From Phoronis australis (Eukaryota; Animalia; Phoronida): a stretch of DNA of 53,142 nt. Positions 14,211 through 27,470 of this stretch are shown here, in pieces. The first letter of the stretch is position 1, and the number at the start of each line of letters is the position of its first letter. A program made the position numbers and the translations under genes. Where the stretch lies: assembly GCA_002633005.1 (NCBI GenBank), contig NMRA01000192.1, forward strand, positions 354,982-408,123, given 5' to 3'. The notes under the pieces are model-generated. The model saw nothing but the letters and a program-made list of their open reading frames with translations. It did not search any database and was not told where the DNA came from.

Positions 14211-14278
14211 CATGGGCGGCGCACCATAAGAGGCTGAGGGATATAGCCCCCATTTTTTTCAGTGCTGCGCCGCCCATG
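14211..14278. mobile_element. 68-bp miniature inverted-repeat element
   Basis: Perfect 13-bp TIR CATGGGCGGCGCA...TGCGCCGCCCATG; flanks tccag/tccaa (possible 5-bp TSD); related copy at 31855-31922. Confidence 0.75.
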
Positions 14279-16463
14279 TCCAATACATTGCCATCTTCTT
14301 GTGACGTAGAGTAGGACTCGAGATAATGAATCCAATATCCTGAGCGTTTTGAAAAATTGCAAATTATACAAAAATGGAAGTTAAAGAATAGTTATTATGG
14401 AGTCCGAGTATTATTAAATTAGTGTATTCTGAGTGATTTACATCAAAGTGACATGGATGAGCATGCTAGTTTTATTTTGAGGTGACCAAATTCGACCCAA
14501 CTGGGATTAGACACTTGAAAGTAACTAATTAAATTAATACGTTAGTAAGGAAGTAACCAATTTAGTAAATAAAATGTTATTTAACATTGGTATGAAAACA
14601 GTTCTCGAAAATCAAAAAGTAGCGCAGGTGCTGGGGCTGATATAAAATCTGAAGGAATATGCAGAAAGAGAGGCGACTGTGTGCAAAGAATAAATAAAAC
14701 CAAGCAAAACTTACCAAGCATAAAATAACAAAATTTGGCAACCTAGGTAACGTTGGCATACGCAACCTTGGAATAAAAAGTGGGTTAAAGCGTTGATAAA
14801 GGTTTTTTTTTGCAAAACCCTACACTTCACAGAGGAACTTCACGGTGGTGAATGGAATTCAGTCCATAGCTAATGTGCTAGTGCTGGCGACACTGAATAC
14901 ACACAAAGAAATTTCCCCCATACGTCACAGGGTAGATATCTGACACAAAACATTCCTGGTGACGAAGACTTACGTTATGCATGTTCTTAAAAACTTCTAC
15001 ATGTACACCGAAAACGTTCATTCTGTGGGGAACAAGCGAAATGGAGTTAGAATTAGGCAGTGCATGTGACATGGAATATGATGACTGGTAGTCCTTCAAC
15101 CCAAACGTGAATGCACGATACTGAATCTTTTGCATTTTTCAATCCTTTTGACATCATATGAGTGCCGTATAAGGAGGCATTTTCGTAAACTATAATGTAC
15201 CAGGGCAAAACATGTCATTTATGACAAAGTACCAAAAGCACGACTATAGATAATATTTAAACACAAAATACATCCATAACAATTGTTTTATTTTCATCTT
15301 TTGCAGTATTTCTAAATCAGATGCTTTTGCAAAATACAACAAACGGCAGTGCATGTTAGTTCAAGTCAAGTTTGGAATGTCCCATACGGACCCGGCTGAG
15401 GACAGCTCTAACGTACCGAGTAGCAGTCTTTTTTGTACTAAATCCACGTGATAAACATTCAATTTTCCATTTAATTTTTGTAAAAAAAAATGTGCTGTTT
15501 CATCGGAAATAAAAACAGCGACACAGTTTCGTATATTCAATATTATTGAGGTAAATCCATTCAAATTTTTTCAAGAGAATTATTCCTTGGAGATAAAAAC
15601 GACGTCACATTTTCTTTTTTACGCACAGAAACCACTAGAGCTCTATAACGAGCAAATAGTCTTATGATATTTAGAAGAAGAAAGCCAATGTGCCACATAT
15701 GCAAATAACCTGAGTAGTCGTTCTCGCAGTTAAATTCAATGATTCCCTTGTTGACGGGTATCTCGGAAGAAAATCTGCCGTTGAGACAAAATAACACTTG
15801 TCTCTGTCCTAATAAAATTCGTTTTCTAGTTATTGCAAAGTAAGAAATATCAACAGATTTCAAAGTGAATTATTTGAAAGTACATCGAAGTGTCACAACA
15901 GGTGTCTACATCTCCTAGAATCCGTATGCGGGCCGGATTGAGATCATCTCGATGTAGATATAACATTTACGTAGTACATATACCAGGAGAAAATGAAATT
16001 AAGGCTACGACAATTCTCCAGATGTTCCGGCGAAGACAGGTGCTTTCTAAACATCAGCTAATTTACTGCCAACGGTACCTTTTCCTTTCTTTTACCGCCA
16101 ATTATCAGTGATCATCGGTGTTAAAGAAGGCATGCTTATTGGCCCATCGGTTAGACTCCATTGTTGATTACAATGACTCTTTGTTAGCGACAACTTGCTG
16201 GTTATCGAGCCTATTTCCACTTACATGTACGTTTGTAAGCAATATGTACAGAACAACTTCATCGGCCAACTATTGACTCACGACTTATTTTCGTGACATG
16301 ATCTCTGGTGTAGTTTTTGTATTAGAGTGACACGAGTTTCCTATGTGATCTTGTTCTTTATAATGGCGCTTTTGCAACCAACGCGTGTGAGTCTTCACTT
16401 GTGGAATGAGGGTTTCCCCATCGGTGAGTAGGCCTACATTCAAGTCCTTGTTTTACTTGACAG

Positions 16464-16667
16464 ACCCTCACATTTGGACTACCGATCACGTGTCCCAATG
16501 GCTTCAGTGGTCAGTGAGGGAGTACAGCCTGGTTGATCTTGATCAGCACAAACTTACTGCGATGACAGGACTACATCTTTGTAAGCTGAATAGAGAAGAC
16601 TTTATTCATCTCATTGGCCAATACAACGGAGAGATTCTGCACGCACACTTATCGTTTTTGAGGCAAT
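16464..16667 (+). CDS. ERG: Gene A exon encoding the PNT (SAM/Pointed) domain
   Basis: ttgacag|AC CCT CAC ATT TGG gives DPHIWTTDHVSQWLQWSVREYSL...MTGLHLCKLNREDF...GEILHAHLSFLRQ, a typical PNT pattern. Donor T|gtaagt; 204 nt, phase 1-1. Confidence 0.93.
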
Positions 16668-17537
16668 GTAAGTTTATCATACAACCTGTTCATTGTTCAA
16701 CAAAATGATCTAGTCAATTCGTTAGGTCTGGGATGGAGTTAGGAATTCAAGTTACTTTTATAAATCCACATCTATAGCTTTCTAGGTGAACATGTGACGT
16801 CATTACAAGTTGCTGGCTTTCGCAACTGTTTCTCAGCTTATGGAGGCTGAATTATCCAACTTAAATATATCAAGGAATTCCCAGGACTAAAAGGGAAAGG
16901 CTGTCAACGATGCATATAAACGTAAAACAAGCAGGTTTCACATAATTGCCACGGCTACAAAGTCTGCGGCTAACGTGGGTGCTTCAAAACCTCTTCGCAA
17001 ATAAATTAATCTAAACATGGAGGCACTCATGTTCGGTGTTCTAAAAATAAAGTGATGCTCCTAGTCTGGATTGTAAAACGTCAATTTGGTCGCTGGTGGA
17101 TCTAGGGTCTCTTAAAGGAGGGCTGCAGTTTCTGAAGGAAAAGATGCATCGGGGCTCCCTGGACCCGCGCCCCTAAGGATCTACACTCAACGTAAAGGCT
17201 CTATACTCTAACACATTGTATTCTCCCCATACGCTCTCTGCAGTGACCAAGCGTCAGTCAGGGAGGTCCAATTCCTCTCTCCAGTCCCGGAGAGCAGATG
17301 TCTCACTCGGACTTAGGAGGAATCTGGTTCCTCTGACTCGAGCTTGGCCACTTTGTCGCCATTGTCAGAGAATATCGGCCGGATAAAGAAATTTGCGAGG
17401 TTCAGTGTCTACTGGTCTGGTCCGGACTGGGATATTTAGAGGGTCATAGCAGGAATTCAGGCGCAGGCCAAGGATTTGTTTCCTGCCCTGCTACATTCAC
17501 TTGAATGACGTATTCACTTCACGCATTCGTATTTCAG

Positions 17538-17621
17538 CTCTTCGTTCGGGTGATCAGACAGCAATGAATTCAACCACTTATCGAACATGCGCGCTCACAC
17601 CTGACAAATCGACGAAGTTAG
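17538..17621 (+). CDS. ERG: Gene A internal linker exon (84 nt)
   Basis: atttcag|CT...TTA G|gtatgt; open, phase 1-1; SLRSGDQTAMNSTTYRTCALTPDKSTKL. Support is splice signals and phase only. Confidence 0.7.
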
Positions 17622-19286
17622 GTATGTATTGTATTATAGTGACATCTGGTGTGCAAAAGTGTGTCGAGGTCAATCACTCCGACTCTAATTCAACCGAAGT
17701 AGCGCAGGTGACGCTGGTTCGAAATTGGACATTGACGACAGTTGCTGTCTCTAATCAACATAAACAATGGTTATATAATATAACGAAATAAACTAAACAG
17801 AAAATACCTAAATTAGGAAGGGTATGGTTTAATGTTAAAAGTGACTTTTACTGATGAATTGGTCTTGATCTTTAAACTGTATATTTCATCCATTGGTGGT
17901 CTTGGTCAACCACACTTTTCAGAAGAAAAAGAACACACGCCTTTACCGACTTTGCACGTGCAGGGGTGCCCACCGTACCCGCAAAATCCGCTTATTCTAT
18001 CAAATTCTGACCAATAAGACTTCTTCACTTGCAATGTAGTTCATTTTCATACGAGCTTGTTGAATTTCCGATTTACTCCTTCGTCAGCTAGTAGAGCTAG
18101 GACAATTTCTCCCACATACATTGTACTTTTCACAATCAAAGGACATGGAAACAATGTTACCGTGGTAACTAAGCTTGATAGAAACCCCGTAATGTGATTC
18201 CGCCATTACACCTTCAGGAAAGAACTTTCAATGTCAACGTTTATCTAAGAATTTGCACCTCGTATCTAAAACGAGCGTCTGTTAGAAGCAGCATCGATAT
18301 AACTCCAGCCGTAAACAATATTGAATATTTGGAATTTCGTTCTTTTAACCAGTGTTTATAATCTTCATGTTTTACATCACATGTGTACCATGACAAAACA
18401 TTGGCGTCATACCTGCCGTATTAGTGTGTTGTAAGTCGTACAATCATACCCTCTAATGGACCGTTTTATTTGCACTGAATTCATTCTTTCAAAGGAAGTG
18501 GACCGTCGTTTAAAATATATCTACAAGACATAACATCAAACAAATATTTTCCTAGTTGATTCTGCTTGTGTTTGTTCGTCAATATTTAAAGACGGTACAG
18601 TTTTCGGTAGTCTTATACGTGTAAGCCTATAAACAGTGGTGGGTCAGAATTAGGTCTTGATTGAGACCAACACACTCATCACGGGATGAGTGAGACTTCC
18701 GCGGCACATATCTTTGCATAACATCCCAAAACTTGTAACGAATAATATGACATAGAACTCATCAACTGGTCTTAAATATCGTAATCTGTCGGTTTTAGCA
18801 GCTATCTAAAACTCATTTGCAATTCATGAACACAAACGAATATTGCCGCATTACATGTAAGGGTCAAATATTCAGCAAGAAGTGATTACAATATTTGCTA
18901 AAATCTATGCGAAAAGCGATCTAGGTTTGTTTTTCCTTTGTTAGATCACGTGCAGTTGTCTTGGTGCGCTCCGTTAATCTGAGAGTGTGCGAGCTAGTGG
19001 TCGTAGACACCGCACCTGTCCGACTGGGTATAGGGATACGTCTTGCCGTTCTGTTCGCCTCATTGACAGATATTAGCCATTGTTCGAGTGTGTTCAACGG
19101 GTCCTTGAAAGTTAAATACCCCACTCTTGACAACTTTGATAAAAACGATTTACACATCGTTCAAACACTTCACCGGATTGAATAGGCGAGGAGTAAACAA
19201 TTATTTGCCAAGTAGCCGGTGTACATTTAAGGTGTTTACCTTGCCCTGTCTTGTTAGCAATTCCTTCTCGCGATACACAAACTCCT

Positions 19287-19330
19287 ATTGGCTAATGAAT
19301 TAGAGAACTGTAACGACGACTTGCTATTGG
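19287..19330 (+). promoter_or_regulatory. Candidate internal promoter of gene A (two inverted CCAAT boxes)
   Basis: ATTGG at 19287 and 19326, 150-195 nt upstream of ATG 19480. The 10-mer ATTGGCTAAT also occurs upstream of the gene B ATG in the same orientation. Confidence 0.55.
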
Positions 19331-19479
19331 TCGGCTATCTGTCTGTGGTTTTGTTTGATATTTACACGAATTTTCCAAAAGAGTGTACAATGAAAAAGAC
19401 CATAACTATAAGATGGTAACACTCACTATTTCGCTGGATTCCAATGCCATTCTGTCTATTCAACGCTTGTAATCCGGCC

Positions 19480-19585
19480 ATGCAAGGTTTCAATCAGCCG
19501 GAGTATTTCCATTCCTGTGCCTTTGCGGGATTTCACGGGATGATGAAGTCCCTGTCGACGTATAATTATTATTGTGATCAAACAG
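19480..19585 (+). CDS. ERG: Gene A alternative first coding exon (PNT-less short isoform)
   Basis: gccATG...ACA G|gtattt; MQGFNQPEYFHSCAFAGFHGMMKSLSTYNYYCDQT, phase 1. Similar to the first exon of gene B (MQGIKQQQDYYRACAFGGLPGMMFS) and preceded by two inverted CCAAT boxes. Confidence 0.75.
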
Positions 19586-19870
19586 GTATTTATCAACTAC
19601 ACGGAGCATTATTGTAATAGTGTAATAGCTTTGTGCATTCAGTTTCCTAACACAACGAATCAGTTTGTTTCGTCGTCAACCAAATTTTATCAGTCACCGA
19701 GAAAATGCGTGTATTTTGTCATCATCGTATTTGAGGATTGCAATTTGTTTTTTCCATTCGGGGCAACCAGGCAGCGCATCAATCGTGGTCATTGTTGTAT
19801 CTATTCATTTGGTCTCACATGAGCTTAAGATACTTACGCAGGAATTACCGTCACAGTTTACATGTTTCAG

Positions 19871-19927
19871 ACGGCGGATACAGTCGAGGCTCTTGGGCCG
19901 CTCCTCCAGCAAGTCCACAGACGTCAG
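19871..19927 (+). CDS. ERG: Gene A internal exon (57 nt)
   Basis: gtttcag|AC...TCA G|gtaaac; DGGYSRGSWAAPPASPQTS. Same length and phase, and a shared SW motif, as gene B exon 44258-44314. Confidence 0.82.
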
Positions 19928-21789
19928 GTAAACTCAAGCATAATGTTTACCAGCTGTATGAAATATTTAAACCTGACTTTATAATGATGGAATGTTTGAA
20001 AACAACGATACACTTAGGGAAACTGCACTAGGTGTATTATAAAATAAGATGAACAAGGTTGCCAAGCCTGGTCTTATTTTTTCGATACATTTACAGTCCT
20101 TTTAAAATATTTAGCGGAGTTTTTTTACAGAAAGGTTCATCTTAAGATACAAGCACGCCCAGTGGGCGGGAAAAGAAACAGTTTCCCCAAATATCAGCGT
20201 CAGGTGGTTTACGTCGGGGAATATACCTGATTGAATCATAAAACTTTCCCATAGGGAACGGAAGCCAAAACCGTAACTAATGTAAATTTCCGACATAAGT
20301 TCCTACAATACCTTTGGAAAAATCATACATCGATGCGTTGTGTATTAAGCCTCTTGGTTTCAGTTTTCGCGCCTGATACATGTACCAGCATTGATATACC
20401 CAAGTGTATTTTCCTCACTTCCATTTATACTTCCGGGCCTATACTTGGATTTGGCCTTTGGTCCTTCACCAGTTTTTTTTCCAAATTAACTCCCCGAGCT
20501 TGCTTGCAGTTAACTCCGGTTGCCGTCGCGTTTTCCTAGCCTCTTGGGATACATCTTACTGCCGACATGTACGCTAATAAGGTCAACCACCAAGCAACGT
20601 CTCGTACAAATCGGAGAGTTGCCATTAAAATAAATTGATTATCCTCAAATTTGCAGCCGCGAGGATAATTACCAAAACAACCGATGAGCTTCATTATGAA
20701 AAAAATCCTTACATAATTGTCTGGTCGGCACGTTTATCAGCTCAAACGCATTGCACTGACAAACCCGTACGTGTCTGAGACATAATTGTGCATGCCTAAA
20801 CGCCATTAGACACGAGAAATCAGTCGAGTCTAGTGTGCACCAACTTTTTGCTGTTTTGAAGATGGGACCCAATAATAATCATTATTGGGTCCTAGCTTGA
20901 AGTAGGATCAGGCTATGAAATAGTTCACGCTAAGCTTGTAACGTCTCGTTTGGAAGAGCCGTGGCTGTCCATGTTTTCTGTTACTGCCAGCACCTGTAAC
21001 TCTTTAGTCTGACTAGGTGCATGGAGTCAATCATTTGAGCAATTATTACGTGGAGAAAATGTCATGTATGGCCTAGACATTATCAGTAGCTTTTTAAACC
21101 CATCAGGGGACAATGAATCTATTGTAGTCGGACGAGATGGATCAGTTACAATGAACCATTTGTTTTCATTAGGATAGTCTCTACAATAGGACCCCAAACG
21201 TGTCTTTTGCTGCATAAAAGAACGCATGCAGTCAACAAAACGACCGTTTAATCGAATTAATTTTGACAATTTTGGCTAACCTCTGACTTCTCTTACTGGC
21301 AACATAAGATACTAGGTTTCGGACCTTTTACGCTTTGTTGTATTGTGTCGTGCCTATTTGCAATGCCTGTTTACCCGACTCCCGTTACGTGAGTATTTAG
21401 TAGGTATAACTTACTGTGATCTTGGCCATTACTCGAGTAAACATGTAGTGACTATAGAAATGAAGCCACATACATGAAAGGGTAACTCGTGTAAACAAGA
21501 GTTAGTTCTTTGTATCGCTGCTAGTCTTTGCTCGTGTAACTGCTGATATCATATTTTAGCAGCCGAACGCCAATAGGACCCCTTGACTGTCGGAATTTGA
21601 GCTGTCTTAGAGTTACTTAACATGTACTACGTGAATTTTCAAGCTGTGAAGTTCAAAACAAAATAATCGAGACTGGTGGACATTGGTTTCCACATGTTAT
21701 AAGTGAATATAAAACACCCTTACAGATGGCTCAGTCGCCAACATACACCTGTACGTCTTGTCTAGTGGCAGAACGTTTTTTGCATATAG

Positions 21790-21908
21790 AGAGTCAGTGG
21801 GGAGAAGAGAGGCAGGAGGGGAGGAGAGGGGGTGGGGAAGGAACGGAGAAGGAGAGGGGAAAAGGATTGAGGGATGTAGGAAAGATTGAGTGAGGGAGAG
21901 AGAGGGAA
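21790..21908. repeat. Polypurine (GA-rich) low-complexity tract in a gene A intron
   Basis: Nearly all G/A on the + strand. Confidence 0.8.
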
Positions 21909-23831
21909 CGCGATGTAAGTCTAATGAGTATTTGATAGTTAATCAATAAAGTGAAACAGACAAGCAGTTTGCAAGATATACAATGAGCAAATGAGGCTTT
22001 CATCTAAAAGACGTTCCCATCATATCCGGCATTTACTGCACACTTTGGAAAAGAAATCGAGTTTGAAGTTTATAGGCTTTAATTTATTACTTTGTCAGTG
22101 ATAAAGGGTGGCGTACGGCCATTGTTTACTAAGGATAAATAGGATATCTGAGATATTTTTCAGAGCAAACGTTTAAAAAAGGATTGAGTAAACATTGGGA
22201 AATAATAAGCGTAGTTAGAAACAAAATCTGTACTTTGAAGGAAATGTGGATTTTCCGGCAATATTTCTTCTCGGTTTTTATTTTTGTGGGAAGTTAGAGT
22301 AATAAAATGAGGTGGTTAATTGATAATTCGTGAACCGATAATGAAACTTTTCTGTGTATGTTCAAAATCCGGGACAAAGCGTTTTTTCATTGGGTTCACT
22401 AGAATGTTTCGCATATAAGCTGATGTGCCTAAGTATAGTTTATAGGGGCAGGTGGACGTACTATGTAAAGGCGCAGGCCTTATTATGAATATTGGCACAT
22501 ACGTTGTCCTCGACAAAAGCACTTAATCTTTGCCATGCGAAGTATTTTTCGCGACTTAATTTGACAACGCGTTACAACTCTGATAAGACGCCCTGTTAGT
22601 CGCATTTATGAAGTTGAACTTAACTAGCAGGAATAACAGTTCAGTTCTGTTATAAACGCCCAACGCCGGTTTTTACTGCTTTCACATTTGTAAAGCACTT
22701 GCAAAGGTAATACGTAATTATTAAAACCAGACCTGATTTTTTTATAGCGCTTGAAAAGAAGTTAAATATGTTTGATTGACAAGAACTGTTCAACGTCCCG
22801 GTAATGAGTGAAAAACAAATCAAATGTTCAACGCTAAATACATGTACATGTACATGCGGTATGTGTATTTTATCCTATGTTGTTTGCAAGATTTATAACT
22901 ACGTTACACGAGCCAGATAGCTAAGAATACTAAAAAATAAATCGGAGGTGTGCCTATATCCGCAACACTTCGCGCAAATGGTTCGCAAATACGCGCGTGC
23001 GCTTCACCCCGGATATACACTAGGAGCAGCTTCGAATATTCGCTTGTTTAGCGAGACGTCATTTCTACGTTTTGGACTCAGTCGAATACAATTAAACTGC
23101 CAAAATTAAAATCAATAATAATCACTAGTCCAAATTTAAGTTCATTTTTAATTTACTAAGAACTCTTTTACCTGGACAATCTTATCTTTTCAACTCTCCG
23201 GGAGCATACGCATTGGGTGCAACTGTTGTCGGACCGATTTTTAAGCAGGAAGTTGCATGTACACATCGGTTTGTATTTTAAGACACATCTTCTTGTCCAA
23301 TCCTTGCGTTAGCATTTTTAGTTGTCAAAACGATTGTTTTGGGGAAAATTCTAATTAAAAGCACTTACTAAAGTATCGGGCAATATTCTATAATATCGAA
23401 TAGGGACCATGGCAACGCTATCACTTAAAAAATTCTCCAAAACCAATCAATTCTAATTCTGAGGTTATGCTCACAAGTTCCAAGAATTTCTAAAAGCCAT
23501 ATGCATGAATTCAACAGACACAGTAAACCCAATTATTTCCTACAAAAACTGCGTAACGTTCAACATACAATTTATAATTATTCGTAATTTTGGCTGGTTC
23601 AATGTGGCTTAAACTAATCCTCATGTGGTCAGCGGGTTGTAAAGTCTCTCACAAGGCCTTCCCAAATTCAGCATTAGGTTTTTTAGTTTTGTAATTTACA
23701 TGGCATGAAACAAACGCACTAGAGAGATTAAATGTGAATTGGTCCTTTTGTATCTATTTACTCGTTTGTCTGTGATTTGTATCGTACATGTACATGTAAC
23801 CTAACGTACATCAAAGTGTTACTCTCTTTAG

Positions 23832-23918
23832 CTTACCACCAGCCAAGCTTTCCAAGTATGGTCACCCCACACCCATCAGGCCTGGATGTGACTCCATGGC
23901 GTAGCCAGAACACAATAG
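23832..23918 (+). CDS. ERG: Gene A internal exon (87 nt)
   Basis: ctctttag|CT...ATA G|gtaaga; AYHQPSFPSMVTPHPSGLDVTPWRSQNTI; phase 1-1. Confidence 0.8.
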
Positions 23919-24321
23919 GTAAGATCATAAAACTAAACACTGACAATTTCCCCTTTACATGTACGTGTTGGCCAGTATCGCCCGCGACGTCACAATGAGT
24001 CTCTACACCCGAGTTCCGTATGCTGTCTGACTTCGAATACGAATTACAGAATCGGACCACCGTCGCATTCAGGCACTCGAGAGTGTTCACTTATTGCAAC
24101 GGATCTGATGGATTTTTGATCTTGTCTTTTTCCCCTATCTGACCCGTATTATCACCCCCAATGAACTGAGTTGGGATGACTCCTAGCTTGTGATGTACAA
24201 CGTGCAGTTCAGGCTCGAGATTCATATACAATACGGTACACTCCAACTGAATAATTTTGTCAAAACATATATCAATTCGAGCACAACAACACTTCTGTAT
24301 CTATTACCATGCGTTTTTCAG

Positions 24322-24369
24322 ATCCATACAAACTGTTTGGACCAATGTCAAGTCGTCTTTCAAATTCGG
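24322..24369 (+). CDS. ERG: Gene A 48-nt pre-ETS exon
   Basis: tttttcag|AT...TCG G|gtaagt; DPYKLFGPMSSRLSNS(G), matching vertebrate ERG/FLI1 DPYQILGPTSSRLANPG immediately before the ETS domain. Confidence 0.92.
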
Positions 24370-26170
24370 GTAAGTTGCATTCATATATACATATACGACG
24401 TGAACTTTTTAAATAGACTGTTGTTCCCTGTCACTGTCTTCTCAGCATTTCGAATGATGATTTTCAATGGACGAGGTATTCATTTTGGAAATGAAGGGTA
24501 TATCTAAATTAATAGCGATGGCGTACCATTTACTGTTGCTAGCTTCGTTTTCAAAGCGAACACGCTTGCAATATATGTTAGGAGTTTTGTGTTTCGTATA
24601 GTTCCGTCTACTTTCAATAAAAGAGATTTTCACGCACTGTTATGTAACCATCTAAGTAGTGTTTTGAACAACAATAAATACTGATCTAAAACCTATTTTC
24701 TTCACTTTTTGCGAGTAAAAATTGTCGAGAATCATACTAAATGTAAACATAAAGAATATGTGGGTCGCCAATTTTGTTTTTGCAAATTTATTCCTAGGCC
24801 TTTTATGAACAGAAGTAGCGACAATTCTCCTAACTGAAACGGTTCACGAAGAGTTTTTAAAAAATCATACAGTGAAGAGTCCTGGCATTCTGTGGCATTG
24901 TAAGGCTTTGCTAAACTCAAACATTTTGGAAATTGATGAGCACATTGCAAAGGAATACGCAAACCACCGGAAGAGATACGTCGAAAATACGAACGGAGAT
25001 ATACGCCGTATAAGTCGATGATCAGGCGACAGCGTTGTTCAACTAAATTACGCAAATATTTTACATTAAACCTGCCGTTTTTCTGCAGTAAATCGAAAAA
25101 ATATGTTACTGAAAAAAAAAACGTGTTTTCATGTTTTCTATTTATCTGGCCATTAAAAAATAGCAATGTGACAAACTGCATGTTGTATGGTTAACCGATG
25201 GCCGTAGCTTGTCAGTTCAGTGTCCGACCAAACAACTACAGTAATCGCTGTGGCTTTCCTGAAACAGGTTCTATATTTATAGCATTGCAGACTGCAGCCA
25301 ATATCCCAGTCGCAGATTTCAAAATATACATGTACACAAAAGTATCACGAAATATGCACGCTCTCGCGTCGCAGCAAAGACAGGAACAGAATCAGGTCTG
25401 AAACGAGAGAAATTGTGTGAACCTATATGGTGATCAGTTTACAGCTGACGAGTTGTTTGGCGCCCGTTTTCGTTTCGTTTTCTTTCATGGTCGCATGACA
25501 TGCAAAATTCTTTGTGGCTATAAATATGGGTCACATTTTAGCCAATGGAAACTGAAGATTCTCGAGTTAATGCTTTCTAAGCCAATGAAAATGCACGAGT
25601 CATTTTTAGACGGTAAAATTTTGAATCCAAAGGTCACAGGAGTACAAAAGGGAATAACAAAAGGATATGTTTGTTCAGAATAAACTGTTGTCTAGCAACT
25701 ATTTTAAACTGTGTTGAAAATAAGATGTTTGGAAATGTCGGCTGGTATTTGACGAACTATTAACTTAAAGCTGGTGAAAGAATAACAAGCGTGTCAACTT
25801 GTGATTTCACACCGAAGACCTGCTGCGAGTTAGGCATCACGGCCGAGACTTTCCTCTGGACCATCCGATGAGTCCGCCATCTGCTTTCGGTGAAAAATAA
25901 AACCAAATCCACGAAAAACATAAAACATGAGATTGAAGAAAAAACTAGACCTTAAGACAGAAAGACGTACATATTGCTTTCAACTAGTCTTACCCCAAGT
26001 CAGGGTTGGTCCAAACTTTACTTGTACGGTTTATAGTTATTATGGTTGGTTGTACACTGTACATTAAATTGAAACACACCTCTGATTTTACTCCAGGTAA
26101 ATTAGACAGAAATATTCAAGACTCTTATTTTGCTGAGAAACATTGCCTTTAACTTATTTTTATTTTGCAG

Positions 26171-26703
26171 GAAGTGGGCAGATTCAACTTTGGCAGTTCC
26201 TACTTGAGCTGCTGTCAGACAGCCAGAACGCAAACTGTATCACATGGGAAGGAACCAATGGCGAATTCAAATTGGTCGATCCGGATGAAACAGCGAGGCG
26301 GTGGGGCGAGCGAAAGTCAAAACCGAACATGAACTACGACAAACTCAGTCGAGCTCTTCGATACTACTATGACAAGAATATAATGACAAAAGTACACGGC
26401 AAGAGATACGCCTACAAATTTGACTTTGCTGGACTCGCTCAAGCAATGCAACCATCGACGGCTGAGCCGGCAGCTTATAAATACCAGCAAGACATTTTAA
26501 TGTCCAGTTATCACAACACAGCCAAACTGAACTTCATGAATGCGCACACTCCGCTTCCCCCAACAACGTCAGGGATCTTCCCACCGACAGCCTCGTACTC
26601 GAGTTATTGGTCAAGCGCCACTGCCAATATGAACATGTATTCCAACATGGCGGCTCACCATAACAGTCATTTACCACCACACATCGGACAATACTATGCG
26701 TAA
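26171..26703 (+). CDS. ERG: Gene A terminal exon: ETS DNA-binding domain and C-terminal tail
   Basis: ttttgcag|GA AGT GGG CAG; [15 protein letters not shown]...[42 protein letters not shown] is diagnostic of the ERG/FLI1/FEV subfamily. C-terminus HIGQYYA* resembles the ERG HLGTYY end. Confidence 0.97.
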
Positions 26704-27464
26704 CAAGAGCTACTAGCTGTCGCTGAAAACATTCTACTTGTGTGATGTATATATTGCACTGACCAGCGAGTCAGACAGTTTCGGCTGCGTCAAATGTAAG
26801 GGTAGCATCAGAAACACTTTCCTTCGTGCTAATATTTCGTGCACGAATATTTTCCCTTTCGCAGTTTGACAACGCAGCTCCACGCTTCACGTTCAGTGAA
26901 TGACGTTCTGAGCCCACAATTCGACTTTATTGTCAATATCCAGTGACGTGATATGATTTAAGCAAATTAGTTTTCTAGTCAACAAAAAAATTGAAACTAA
27001 TTCAACTGGGGCACCTCGTCTCTGAATTGTAGAGTAAGGTGTTCGGTGATCTCGAAGCCTTACCCCCAACGAGTTTCTGCATGGACTACCGAACGGCTTC
27101 AATTAATTAAACAAACTACGCAACACTGAAATCTTCCCTGTGTTTTTGCGCCCAATTTCCATAATATTTAAGAACACGAACACGATTCACACATGGGAAA
27201 TTTCTGGCAAATTGGTGCCATCGCTGATCAAAAACACCTTTTTGGTTTATCATGTGTCAAAAGGTCACACAAAGATGTTTTAAATTCGTAATAAGGTCAA
27301 CTGTTTTTCATCTTCCATTAACCTTGCACGTCGCTTGAAGAACAACCATAACGTCATATTCAAATCATTTCTTGCTGATGGCGTAGATCGCTGCTTTCTG
27401 ATTTTCCAATTTCAAATGCACAATTGAAATTGTAACTGTCTATTTATTCATGCATAATCATGCA

Positions 27465-27470
27465 AATAAA
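27465..27470 (+). terminator. Candidate polyadenylation signal of gene A
   Basis: AATAAA ~760 nt after the stop codon; the motif is common in AT-rich DNA, so support is weak. Confidence 0.3.

Noticed and set aside
17244-17470. GC-richer stretch after a strong acceptor in a gene A intron
   Set aside because: The phase-1 reading hits a stop, with no convincing donor before it.
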